The position numbers and the translations under genes were made by a program. Below are positions 26,805 through 39,495 of a stretch of DNA of 64,000 bases, one piece after another. The notes beneath the pieces were generated by a model. It was not told where the DNA came from. It searched no databases and was given only the letters and a program-made list of their open reading frames with translations. How positions within the stretch are numbered: position 1 is the first letter of the stretch; every line of letters starts with the position of its first letter. Origin of the DNA: Blepharisma stoltei ATCC 30299 (lineage: Eukaryota; Protista; Ciliophora); assembly GCA_965603825.1 (NCBI GenBank), contig CBFDEM010000002.1:682001-746000 (forward strand), written 5' to 3'.

Positions 26805-29150
26805 ATGCGGTCTTGGAGAAGCAGTGAAGCAGAACCAAAAGTCCTTGGCATGCTTTTTTCTGAGATTTTCAGAGATCATCTAGAAAACCTAAAGCAAGAA
26901 GTTAAGGCACAGTCATTGATATCTGAAATAAAAATTGAAGACTCGAAGTATTTCGATAACACTTTTGAAGTCTTAATAACCGGTGATCTAAATTCACTTG
27001 TTTCAGCAAGCAGCGTTATTTTTAGCCACCTCATTGCAGATCCTTTAAGCGAAACACAGATGGAAATACTTATTCCCGAAACCAGTGTAGGAAAAATTAT
27101 AGGCATAGAAGGAACAAATATAAGCAGGATTCGTGAAAATTCAAGAACAAAAATAGCTATTAATAAATATTCCCCGACATCACAAGCAGCAAAAATTGAT
27201 GGCACGTTTGAAGGAATTCTTAAAGCAGTGCAACAAATAATTGAACTCATTTATGAAAAACCTAAAAGGTCAAGCAGTTTGGCAAAGCCTGCTTATCAAA
27301 AACGGCCTAACTCAGCAGCTCCAAGACCTAAAATTTCAAACAAGTGCAATAGTTTCGGGGAAAAAGTTCAAATGGAAACAGGACCAGAAATAACAAAAAT
27401 GATAACAGTTCCTCAAAGTGCTGTAGGATGGATTTTAGGAAAGCATAAGGCTGGACTTCAAAAACTAGAAGATAGGTCTGGATGTGGTATTAATCTACAA
27501 GATTCCGTCGTTGGAGAAATGATGATATTTGAAGTGACAGGACAGCCTAACAAGGTAAATGCTGCTATGGAGTTAATAAAAGAAAGTTATAATAAGTTGA
27601 GGATGAATGAGATAGATCAAAATCCTGAAGCAAGGATCAGAAAAAATCGAAGAAATAAAGGAGAATCAGAAGAAGATGAAGAAGAAGAAAAAAAATTTAT
27701 TCCCCGTATAAAAAATAAATCAAGACTTAATATCCGAAGAAATCAAAAAGTCGTTTCCCTAGTCATTGGGCAAACAGGATCTGGAAAATCCACATTTATC
27801 AACTATCTCACCAACTTTTTCAGAAAAGGGACTCTCAATAATAAAAAAATAGCAATACCAACAAAAACTTTTCCAAATCAAACCGAAAGAGATTTTAAAC
27901 ACACAGAAAGACTGCTAAGTTCAGATCACTCCCAAACCAATAATTGTTGTGCATATGAATTTGCCGATCCTGAAAGTTCAAGCACTTTCACCTTTATTGA
28001 CTCTCCTGGCATAGGGGATACTAGAGGTGTTGACCAAGATGAAGAAAATATCCAAAAAATTGTAAGTGAAGTAGTAAATTATCCAGATATCAATGCAATT
28101 ATTATTGTTCAAAATGGCAGTGAAGCTAGAAATACTACAACTGTTAAGTATACCTTGAGCAAGCTCAAAAACTCTCTTCCGTCACTGGTAGAAAAAAATT
28201 TAATCCTTGTCCTTACAAACTCTGCGGTTTCTGCTAATTTTAACGTGAATTCTTTACAAATAGTTCCAAGAGAAACATTTACAATGGACAACAATGCTTT
28301 TAATATTACAAACTTACAAAATCTTAGCAGATCTCAGTTACATCAATTGCAATTGAGCTGAAACAGTTCTATGGAAAAAATCAAAGAGATAGTCGAATTT
28401 ATATCTAAAATGAATACTGTAAATACAAAACTGTTTAAAGAAATGTGGAGTAATATAAATATCGCTAAACAAAATTTCCATTTAGCAAAATTGCAGCTTA
28501 TTAACCTTAGCAATTTAAAGGAAAAGCTAGAAAATGTAAGAGGACAAAGAGAATTATCATTAAATGAAGCTATAGCATATCAGAATTTCAAAAAAACTCA
28601 AACAATTGAGCAGACTGAATGAATTGATATCCCATATTATAGCACAGTATGCTCAAATGATGATTCGTTATGCCATGAACGATGAGGGTTAAATTATACT
28701 CCTGATAAAAATTCCTCAATTTTTACTGGATGTGCATGTATGGGAAGATCACCTAATTGCACTGTATGTAAATGTGGACATAATAGTCACTATCATACTA
28801 ACAGAATTCCAAGAAAAGTCCAGAAAACAGTTGAAAATATTCTTTACGATGTTAAGAGGCAGCATGATAAGCATAAAGCAAGAGCTAATGAATTACAAAT
28901 AGAAGAATCTAATTGTGAAAAAGATTTGAAGAATGTAGAAAATTCTATAGAGGACACAAAAAGAAAAATTAGAACGGCTGTTCAGAATTTAAGAGAAATT
29001 GCTCCAAATTATAATATGGCTGAAGAAATTGATGGGGTTCTTCAGCAGGCAAGAATGCAGCTGAAAATAGAAAAACTGCTAGAGCAAAGAACTAAAACAA
29101 GGCTAGTTATAAAAGTTCTTGAAGAGATTTATAATAATCTTTTAGGATAA
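26805..29150 (+). CDS. KH-KH-KH + AIG1/GIMAP-septin-clade GTPase + Cys/His module + coiled coil, copy G2 (781 aa, intact)
   Basis: ORFs 26805, 28371 and 28740 form one frame joined by TGA at 28359, 28620 and 28683. The first two align with TGG in G1/G4. Confidence 0.9.
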
Positions 29151-29470
29151 ATATTTATTTCTCATAATTACTCCACTATTTAAATAGTGAAGTTTATTAT
29201 AAGTTTTTTTGCAAAAAACTAATGTGTGGTATTTTTGTTTGTATTTAATTAAATTTTCTATTCCTTCATCAAATTTGATGCTATCAGGTCACAAATCAGA
29301 GATTTCATGCTTAGGCCTCCCGCTTAGAGACTCCTGATATTGCTGAGCCAACTCAAACTCAAAAAACCATGCTGGATATGAATGTGTAAAGGTAAGAAAT
29401 TTTTTGTAGAGTATCGAAAAATTTTATAGATTTCCATCATTTTTTAATAGCTTAAAGGCATGCAATCATT

Positions 29471-29990
29471 ATGTTTATTAGGAGATCTTGGAGAAGCAGA
29501 GCTAAATTCCTTAGCATGCTTTTTCCCGATTATTTCAGAGTTCGCCTAGAAAGCCTAAACAAGAAGTTATAGTGCAATCTGAAATTTTTGAAATAAAAAT
29601 TTCAGATTCGAAGTATTTCTCTAACGCTATTGAAGGCTTAATAACTGGTGATCTCAATACAGTTGTTTAAGCAGCGTTATTTTTAGAAGCTTTATCCTAA
29701 TCCTTTAAGCAAAATATGGATTGGTATACTAATTCCCGAAATCAGTATAGGCAAAATTATAGGCAAACTAAGAAAAAATATAATTAAGATTCGTCAATAA
29801 AAGAACAAAAATCGTTATTAATAATTATTCTTCGACCTTAAAAGTAGGAAATATTGAAGGCGCGTTTAAAGACATTCTTGTAGCGCACAACAAATAATTG
29901 AAATCAAAGCGTAAATCCAAATTATAATTTCGGGAAAAAAGTTGAGAGGCTAATAATGAAGAAATGCCAAAATGATAGCAGGTCCTTAAA
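29471..29990 (+). pseudogene. Decayed KH1-KH2 N-terminal relic of a KH-GTPase
   Basis: Aligns with the starts of G2/G3 (gcatgctttttcccga...cgcctagaaagcctaaa...ggcaaaattataggc) and has stops and frameshifts. Confidence 0.8.
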
Positions 29991-30064
29991 ATATTGTATA
30001 TGCAAATAGAAGAATGTATTCAAGCATAACTTATTAAGATCTTTCATAATTATAATAATTTAAA

Positions 30065-32505
30065 ATGAGATCTGGGAGTCTTGATGAAATGGAACTAAAA
30101 GTCCTTGGCATGCTTTTTCCCGAATTATTTAGAAATCGCCTAGAAAGCCTAAAACAAGAAGTTATAGCGCAATCTGGGATTTCTGAGATAAGAATTGATA
30201 TCTCCAAATGTTTCTCTGATGCTATTGAAGTCTTTATAACTGGTGGAAACAATGAAATTATTTCAGCATGCAACATTATTTTTGAAAGCTTTATATCAGA
30301 TCCATTCAGCAGAGCACGTATGGATATACTTATTCCCGAACAAAATGCAGGCAAAATTATTGGCTTTAAAGGGAAAAATATAACTAAGCTTTGCAGAAAT
30401 ACTAGAGCAAACATAAATATTAGCAAATATTCCTCTACATTAAGAGTAGGCAATATTGAAGGGACGCTTGAGATGATTCTTAAAGCAGTAAAACAAATAT
30501 TTTATTCAATTTATGATATCCCTGATAACTCAGAAAATTTAGATGAGTCTTTTCATTCAACTCAGTCTAACCCAGGAGCTCCAAAACCTCCATCACAAAA
30601 GAACAAAAAGAAAAACTTCGAAAAAAGAGTAGAGAGGGAAACAGTAGAAGAAATAACGAAAATGATAACAGTTCCTCAAAATATGGTAGGATGGCTTTTA
30701 GGAAGACATATGGTAGGGCTTCAGAAGCTAAAAGAGCTGTCTGAATGCGATATTACTCTACTTGATTCTGCATGTGTTGGCATTAATACAGAAGCAGAAG
30801 AAATGAGATTCTTTCAAGTAAAAGGACTTCCTAAAAAAGTAGATATTGCCATTGAACTAATAAAAGCGGAGACTAACAAATTTAAGCTAAAAGAAATTCA
30901 AAAAGAGTCAAAATCAAATAGTAAAAACCAAATGAAAAATAAAGAAAAAGATGCTAGTGGGCCAGAAGATGAAGAAAAGAAAAATGAGACTGAAAATGTT
31001 ACTGAGAAAAAGTGGAAAAAGAAAAATAAAAATAAATATACTAAAAAAGAGATCAAGGAAGAACAAAAAAATATTCCGCTTATAGAAGATTTTACAAAGC
31101 TTAATATCCCAAGAAATCAAAAAGCTGTCTCTCTCGTCATTGGACAAACAGGATCTGGAAAATCCACATTTATCAACTATCTCACCAACTTTTTCAGAAA
31201 AGGGACACTCGAAAATAAAAAAATAGCAATCCCAACAAAAACTTTTCCAAACCAAACCGAAAGAGATTTCAATCACACAGAAAGACTGCTAAGTTCAGAT
31301 CATTCCCAAACCAATAATTGCTGTGCATATAATTTTAAGGATCTTGAAAGTTCAAGCACTTTCACCTTTATTGACACTCCTGGTATAGGTGATACTCGAG
31401 GTGTCGATCAAGATGACGAAAATATCCAAAAAATAATAAAAGAAGTAGTAAATTATCCAGATATCAATGCAATTATTATTGTTCAAAATGGCAGTGAAGC
31501 TAGAAACACTGCAAGCGTTAAATACACCCTGAACAAGCTCAGAAACTCTCTTCCGTCACTTGTTGAAAAAAATGTAATTCTTGTAGTTCAAATTTTAATG
31601 AAGGGTCTTTACAGATTGTCCCAAGAAAAAAAATTATGATGGACAATAACGCGTTTAATGTCGAAAATTTCCAAAATCTTGATGAATTTCAACGAAGCCA
31701 TTTGCAATTGAGCTGAAACAGTTCTATGGGAAAAATCAAAGAGCTAGTCGAATTTATATGTACAATGAATACTGTAGGTACAAAAGTGTTTAAAGAAATG
31801 TGGAATGAAATAAATATCGCAAAACAAAATTTCCATTATGCAAAGCTACAGCTGGCTAACCTTTACAATTTAATGGAAAAGCTAGAAGATGTAAGAGGAC
31901 AAAGAGAATTATCATTAAATGAAGCTATAGCATATCAGAATTTCAAAAAAACTCAAACAGTTGAGCAGACTGAATGAATTGATACCCCATATCATAACAC
32001 AGTATGCTCAAATGATGATTCATTATGCCATGAGCGATGCAGTCTAGATTATACCCCTAATGCAAATTCCTCAATTTTTACTGGATGTGCATGTATGGGA
32101 AGTTCGCCTAATTGCACTGTATGCAAATGTGGACACAATAGTCACTATCATACTAAAAGAATTCCAAGAAAAGTCCAGAAAACAGTTGAAAATATTCTTC
32201 ATAATGTTAAAAGACAGCATGATTGGCATAAAGCAAGAGCTAATCAATTGCAAATAGAAGAATCTAATTGTGAAAAAGATTTGAAGAAGGTAGAAAATTC
32301 TATAGAGGACACAAAAAGAAAAATTAGAACGGCTGTTCAGAATTTGAGGAGGGTTGCTCCAAATTATAATATTGCTGAAGAAATTGATGGGGTTCTTCAG
32401 CAGGCAAGAATGCAGCTGAAAATTGAAAAGCTGCCAAAGCAAAGAGCTAAAACAAGAGTGGTTATAAAAGTTCTTGAAGAGATTTATAATAATCTTTTAG
32501 GATAA
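30065..32505 (+). pseudogene. KH-GTPase copy G3 with a ~19-nt frameshifting deletion through the G4 motif at ~31584
   Basis: cttgt^agttcaaat here versus cttgtccttacaagctgcccaattagttcaaac in G1. The downstream frame is otherwise open to 32505 with TGA=Trp. Confidence 0.8.
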
Positions 32506-33175
32506 ATATTTATTCATTTTATTAAAAAATTTTCATAAACAGAGTCTCAATTTTGTAAAAGATTAATAAAAATTTTCTATTTTTGATAACTTTTTTGCCG
32601 CATTAGCTTAAATTTTAATTCTTCTACAATTTCTAATTTTGAAAGAAGTTCAATTCTCTCTTCTCTCTCAATAAGAATATATCAAATATATTTACTTTAT
32701 GGCTGTATAATAAAGACAATTTACAAAATTATTAAAAACTTATTATTCAATTTTTAATTCTTCTATAATTTTTAAAAAATTTGATGCACTTCAAAGAAAA
32801 CTAGAGTTTTTTATTAGATAAAAGGCTTAAAATCCTTCACCATCAGACAGATGGGACTAAGAAAAATTCAACTTAATTTTTATCTTTATTTCAAGGATCT
32901 TTGGTAAAAGAAGGCAAATAGTCTACGCTCTAACAAAGTGCAGAAGTAAAATTCAGTTTAAATTGCTAAAAATATATTCATATGGAACTATATCTGGAAA
33001 TTAAAAAATGCAAAGAGAAGTAATCTCCTTTCTATGAGCGTCTTGCTTCTTATTTTAATAGGGTTTTACTACAATTTTAAATATGCAAACCTTAGAGTTA
33101 GACTAATATTCCTCATTTTCTAAGTCATACTTTTTATATAATCCTTAATGATTTTATTCTTTCTATAATTTTTAA

Positions 33176-34564
33176 ATGGGAAGTTGCTTTTCAAAATCAA
33201 AGAAATCTAAGTCAAAAGATATAATAAAGACAAAAATACCTACTAAGTTTGAAGAGTTTTATTACTTAGATAGACATTCAGCAATAATTCTTCACCATAA
33301 AGCTGACGGTATGATCGAAATTTTAGAATTCAAAAATCGAGTCAAATTCAATATTAACTCAGCAGTTGGCTATATGACTAAAACACGCTTGATAGTTGCT
33401 GGTGGCTCAAATGGTGGCAAATATAGTAAAAATGTTTATGATGTGGATTTTGCTACAGCAGATTTCGTAGCCCTAAAAGAATTACCAATCCCATCTAGAA
33501 GTGGCACTTTAATCAAATATGAGAATCGAATCTATTTTGTCGGTGGGATTAGTAAATCAAATAGGAGAGAAAAGCCTGCTCCATTGATGTATTTAAACTT
33601 AGCAGATTCGACATGGAAGTTTCTAATTTGCGAACAATTAAATCAGGATTATAGGAACTATGCTGACTTAAATCCTGAATTCCCTATTCAGAATTTGTGA
33701 TTTCCTGGAGCATTTTTATGAAATGATAGAATTTACATTGTTGGAGGCTATAAGATAAACAATCAACGGCGACCGGAGTCAAATTCGGATGTTTACAGTT
33801 TGAATTTAAAAAATAATTCTTTGAGAAAAGAAAAATTCATTTTTCCTATTGAAGGGGCTCATCCATTATGCAGCGTTAATGGCAATGAAGTTACCATCAT
33901 TAGCCGATATGACCCATTAGATGGAAAAAAAAGTTCTAAGTGATGCATAGTTAAAATGATAGAAGACTCACCTATGATAAAAACATCATTAAATCCAATA
34001 AACATTGAGCTTACTGAGTTTTATCCTGCAATCAAATCTCTAAATGCTACTATATTTATTTCAAATCCTCATTTTATATTAAAGAGAAACAATTCTTATA
34101 GATGGCAAACATTCGAACTTCAAAGAGTTATTTTAGTGAAAAATTTAAGAAGTATGGAAAATCAAGCCTCTAACCATGGAACAATAGGCAGAGCAGAAAA
34201 ATTTTCTGAATTAGATGAGTCTCAGAATTCCCAATGGATGTCTCCTGAGTGGCATCATATTAATAGCAAATATTTTCCATCTCTAACTTTGATTGAAATT
34301 GACTGCAAGGAAGTTGTTAAAGCAAAAATACGCCAAAAAAAAGGCGAAAAATCAATGAAAAGATTAAATGATTTAATGAAAGCTATAAAGTCAGGTCGAA
34401 GAGGACGAAATAGGGAGGACAGTGAGAGTGAGAATGGCAGTCAAAATTCAGTTGAGGAGGAAAGCGACAGTGAGGGAAAGAGTGAAGATAGCAGACAAAG
34501 CTCATATAATGAAAGTGGAAGCGAGGAAGAGATCGATCTTTCGGAGATTTCCATAAACTACTAA
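33176..34564 (+). CDS. Kelch-repeat protein with N-terminal MGSC acylation motif and acidic tail (462 aa)
   Basis: Two ORFs joined in frame by three TGA codons. LIVAGG, IYFVGG and IYIVGG blades. Homologous to 56705..58609. Confidence 0.8.
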
Positions 34565-35063
34565 TTTCCTTTCTAATTAGTCATTATTTGATAAAAAAGA
34601 TAATTAAGTGATTTAAATCAAAAATTTTATTTAAATATAGATCATTCAAAGTATTTGCAAATAGGAATATTTTTGCATAAGTTTCGCGATTGTAATAATT
34701 ATAAATTTCAGACTGGCTGTAAAGTCTTTAGTCTTAATAATTTGCATTCTTAATTAGGCAAAATATTTGTTTGTTAAAATACTTAATTATCGTCTTTTTT
34801 CTTTTTAAATTCAACTTTATATCTGCATTTAGTCTATCTATTCTTTATACTCATTATAGCTTTGCTAAATTATCCCTAAAAACAAATTTCGAAATTTTTT
34901 TTTTTTATTAATCTAGAAGTTAAAAATAACTCCTAAACGCTTATTTAAATAGCTTTCACAATGCTAGAACACTAAAATGATGCTTAATGAACACTTGCCT
35001 ACTTCTCTTGGTGCTAATCAAACATATTTATCCATTAAATATATTCCTTCTATAATTATTTAA

Positions 35064-37343
35064 ATGGAGCTTTGGTCTAAAAGAGAATTTTATAATTCAC
35101 AAGCCAATTCAAAACATCAAATATTTATTAACAATTGAGTCGAGAAAAGTGATGGATCAGAAACAGAATGCCCAGCTGATACTTTCTACTTTCCGACCCC
35201 AATGAACTTCCCAGAGCTCGGTAATCTCGATCTCAGCCAAGAGGAAAGTTATAACAAATCTTGCGTAAGATCCCCTCAAAAGGAGTACACCAATAAACAT
35301 AGTAAAAATGAAAGAAAATATAGCTCGAGTTCTTCTGATAGAAGTAGCCATCATGACCAAAAGAAATATAGAAATAACCCAAAAAGCTCATATGAAGGTC
35401 CTCAAATGTTTGAGTATCTTAAACCAGTAAAAGGGCAAACGAGAAAGAATCCTCATGAAGATTTCGGTGAGGAAAAAAAATATGTTAAAGAAGTCCATAA
35501 AAAGCATCATAAAAAGCATAGAGAAAGAAAACATTCCCAAGCCTTAATCAGTTCAAGTGATTATGAAAATAGTAGTCAAGAAGATGTACGAATGAATCAT
35601 GCTAAGAGGAACTCTAGGCATAAAAAGAGGCATGAGTCTGATTCTTCAAATTCTTCAAGGTCGGGCTCAAATGACTATAAAAAGAAAAAACATCATCACA
35701 AACAAAAAGCCAAAGGTTTAGAGTATAAGGTGGATATGCTTTTAGAATTAATGGCAAGCGGCTTTCTTGATAAAAAGCATAAAAAACCTAAAAAGCCACC
35801 ACAAGCAGAGCTCTTTCCTGGGATTATTAGTTTTCCAGCTCAAAATGAGAAAAAAAGATATGAAGATTATGAAGAAGTAAAGATAAACAATCATCAAGAA
35901 GAATTGCCTGAGGATAATAGGAAACTTAATATTGGCCAATTTCAAACTGTCGTTTGCTTAATTGTTGGAGAAACAGGGTCTGGAAAGTCTACATTCATTA
36001 ATTCTATTACCAATTTTTTCAGAGATGGAACTCTTAAAAATAAAAAAATTGCCATACCCAATCAGTTTTATCCTCAAACTGAGCATGATTTTAATCAATC
36101 AGAAAATGGTCAAAATCAAAAAGCCAGCCTAACGAATGATTGCAATAGATATGATTTTGAAGACGCTATGAGTGCTAGCCAATTTACATTTATAGATACT
36201 CCTGGACTAAGTGACACTAGAGGTGTAGAGCAAGATGACAAAAACATAAAAAAAATTATCCAAGAAATTAAAAACTACGAAGAAATCAATGCAATTATAG
36301 TAGTTCAAAATGGAGGTGCAGCCAGAATAACTGCAAGCTTAAAAAACTCAATTGTTAGAATCATAAATGCTATTCCAAAAATGGCTGAGGATAATATAGT
36401 TTTAGTTCTTACAAATTCTCCCTATACTCATAACTTCGATGCTGGCGCTCTTCAATTAAAACCGCAGAATACATTTTTGATAGATAATGCGTGCTATAAC
36501 ATTCGTTTTGAAGATATTAGAAAGTCTGAACTAGCTGGTTTTCAAATAAATTGGGACCTTTCTATGAAAAAAATAAAAGAAATAGCAGAATTTGTATGCA
36601 AAATGGGTAAATTTAATGCTAAATGTTTTCTAATGATGAACGAAAAAGTAGATAAAGCAAAGCAAGTCTTGCACGAAGCGAAAACAAGACTCTTTAATCT
36701 TTTTGAACTAAAGGCTGAACTTGATGAAATTATAATGCAGAAAGAGTCAAAATTAAAAAATGCCAAGGATTGCGAAAATTATACTCAGACTAAAGAAATA
36801 TCTCAAACAGACTGGCAAGATGTTAGTTACCACAATACTGTTTGTGGCAATGATGATTCTTTATGCCATGATCATTGCGGATTGGAATTTCAACCAACTA
36901 AGAATACACAGCATTTTACTCAGTGCGCTTGCATGGGAAGCGATCTTAAATGTACAAAATGCAAATGCGGGCCTGATAGCCACTATCATACTAAGAGAAT
37001 TCCTGTAAAAACGACCAAAAAAGTTACAGAAGTATTGCAAGATTTAAAGAATAAATACGATGGCCTTAATTCTGAGGCAAACAAGTTATCAAATAAAGAG
37101 GAAGAGCTTGAAAATAATATAAAAAATGTTGAAAAATCAATAAGGCAGGCTAAAGATAGAATAAAGGAAGCAATTAAAAAGATAAAGGAAGTTGCTCCTC
37201 GCTATAATATATCAGAGGAAATTGATTGCTATATCAAAATTGAAGAAGCCCATTTGAAAGAAGAGACAGACCCTAAGAAGAGAGCTAAAATCTATTCTAG
37301 CATTCGGGCACTTCAGGATATTTACCAAAGTCTTATTCTTTAA
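35064..37343 (+). CDS. GTPase copy G4 with His/Lys/Ser-rich disordered N-terminus and no KH domains (759 aa, intact)
   Basis: ATG 35064 in a ttatttaaATG context is in frame with 35202 through one TGA. GETGSGKS, DTPG, VLTN and a complete Cys/His module. Confidence 0.88.
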
Positions 37344-38744
37344 GCAGATTAAGCTCTTAATATTTCAGCACCAAAAGTATATTTATGAATAAAAATATTA
37401 TTAAGTTTAACTTTGCAGATTTCTTTTATCCTTTAAAGAGAGCTTTTAATAGTATTATTGAAAAATGGCTATTAATTAAATTTAGATGTTGGACTATATT
37501 TAAAATGAATTTATCTTTAACTGATAGAGCAGACATTCAAATAATCTAAATTAGTTTAAAATAATAAAATGCTTAGTATAAAGGTTTTAATCAGAGCATC
37601 GGCAACTTTGTGATAACAAAGAATATTTATGTCCAGCTTAAGGGGTCTTTAGTGTCTTTTTAAGTTTTCTTAATCACCTACTTTAATATATCTCGTTTGC
37701 TGAAGACAGTTTAGGTTAATTAAGATTGCGACTTCCTTTTTTAGCATTTCACCTAAGATAAGGAGACTTTCCTAGCCGAGGGCGAACTTCCTTTATTTAT
37801 CAGCGTTTACACAAGAGATTGATCTACTTTGATTTTGGTTTCTTAATGTTACCTAGGAATATTGAGTGCGTAGCTTAGGGACGTGATAGCTATGCTTCAA
37901 TTATGGAATTTCAGCTTATGGTAAAATTCCTAGTTAGTATCTCCACTAGCATCCCTTTGTTATAAGGATAAAAAGCCTTTTATAAACTTCCAATAAGACT
38001 GAAATGTTTGATTGCCAGACAAGAGAGGCAAAATCCAGCTGAAGAAAAATACCTAGTACACATAATTTCCCTTTTCCTGCTTCTTGGCTAGACTATAGTA
38101 GTTACCGTTATATATTTAAAGTAAAATAATGGATTTTATTATTAGTTATTATTAATTATTTATAAAATAGAAAGCATTGACTTTCTTCATCAGCATGCCT
38201 AAAAATTAAATTTAATATTAATTCGAGCACATATAAATATAAGATTTTTCTTTATATTCAAGTGGTGTACTTGATTCTTTGTAAAATTTAAAAATCCAAA
38301 GCCCTTTTTAAAGCATGCTGTAACGACTTTGTGTGAAATGGAAAATGGAAATAGACTTATTGAAAAAATGTAGATCACATGCTGAATTTATTTAGAAAGA
38401 TAGATTTTTATGGTTTTTTAAGACTCTTAAAGCGCTATTATATAAAACTTCATTTTTATTAAATTAAAAAAAAATTGTCTTTTCTTTATTTTTCACGCCT
38501 TTTCCTGCAGAACTTCAAGCTTTATGATTAAAGAAATAAAATATCTCTTTATTATAATGATATAAAGAATTTTTTACTTAGATTTTTAATATATGCAATA
38601 AATGCTGCCCTTTTTTAAATAGTAATCTGTTCTGTTAATCAGTGAAAATAAGCACTTACCACTTTTTATAGTTGGACTAATTTAAACAAAATTTTTAAAA
38701 AGATAAATTGTTTTTATATATTAAAATTGATTTTTTCTCTTCTT

Positions 38745-39191
38745 TTAACAACAGAAACTAAGCTGAGCTTTATTTTGTTCATTTTTTCTTTCTTCTGAAA
38801 TGTAGGGCAGCTCATACGTTCGGTTTTCCCCACAAGAAAAGTGATTTTTCTCTTGGCTTTCGCTAAAATCAATAGGCTCTAGCTGTATGCATCCATTTTC
38901 TATAGTAAAAGGCAGCTGATTATGAACTCGTCTATGCAGAGACAGCTGAGACAGCTGCCTGAATTTTTTGCCACATCCAGGGACTTTACAAACGTAAGGC
39001 CTTCTTCCTGAATGAATAAACCTATGCTCAATGAGATTTTGCTTGCTAACAAGCCGTATATGGCAGACATTGCAAGTAAAAGATCTTAAAAATAGATGTC
39101 TTGCATTTATATGGCATTTTAGGTTGTATTTGTTCTTGAATTGGCGACTACACCAGGAGTAATAGCAGGTATATTTGATTTCTTCTTCCAT
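38745..39191 (-). CDS. Three-finger C2H2 zinc-finger protein
   Basis: CYYSWC...HINARH, CNVC...HRFIH, SGRRPY linker, CKVPGC...HRRVH. Confidence 0.9.
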   Translation of the reverse strand: MEEEIKYTCYYSWCSRQFKNKYNLKCHINARHLFLRSFTCNVCHIRLVSKQNLIEHRFIHSGRRPYVCKVPGCGKKFRQLSQLSLHRRVHNQLPFTIENGCIQLEPIDFSESQEKNHFSCGENRTYELPYISEERKNEQNKAQLSFCC

Positions 39192-39495
39192 TTTTTAAAT
39201 TATTATAACTGCCCCCCTCTGAAGGGAGCATTTTTTTCTGTCATATTCATACATGCTGATAAAAAAGGGAAATTTAAAAAATTACTCCACATTGCAGAAA
39301 ACTCAGAGATTTCCTTTTTTATGTAAAGATGATATTATGAAGTGCTTATTTAAGAGTTATAATAACTAAATGTTATAAATTTTTTTAAATTGCTATATAA
39401 ATTATTGAGAAAATCGAAGATTTCTGTATCCATTTACACTGAATAAAATTAATAATTTTGTGTTTTATTTGGAATTTTGTATTTTAGCTGACAGG

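Noticed and set aside
31574-31586. GTAATTCTTGTAG as a tiny intron rescuing the G3 frameshift
   Set aside because: It is 13 nt, and its removal leads to TAA in the wrong frame. The paralogs show a ~19-nt deletion instead.
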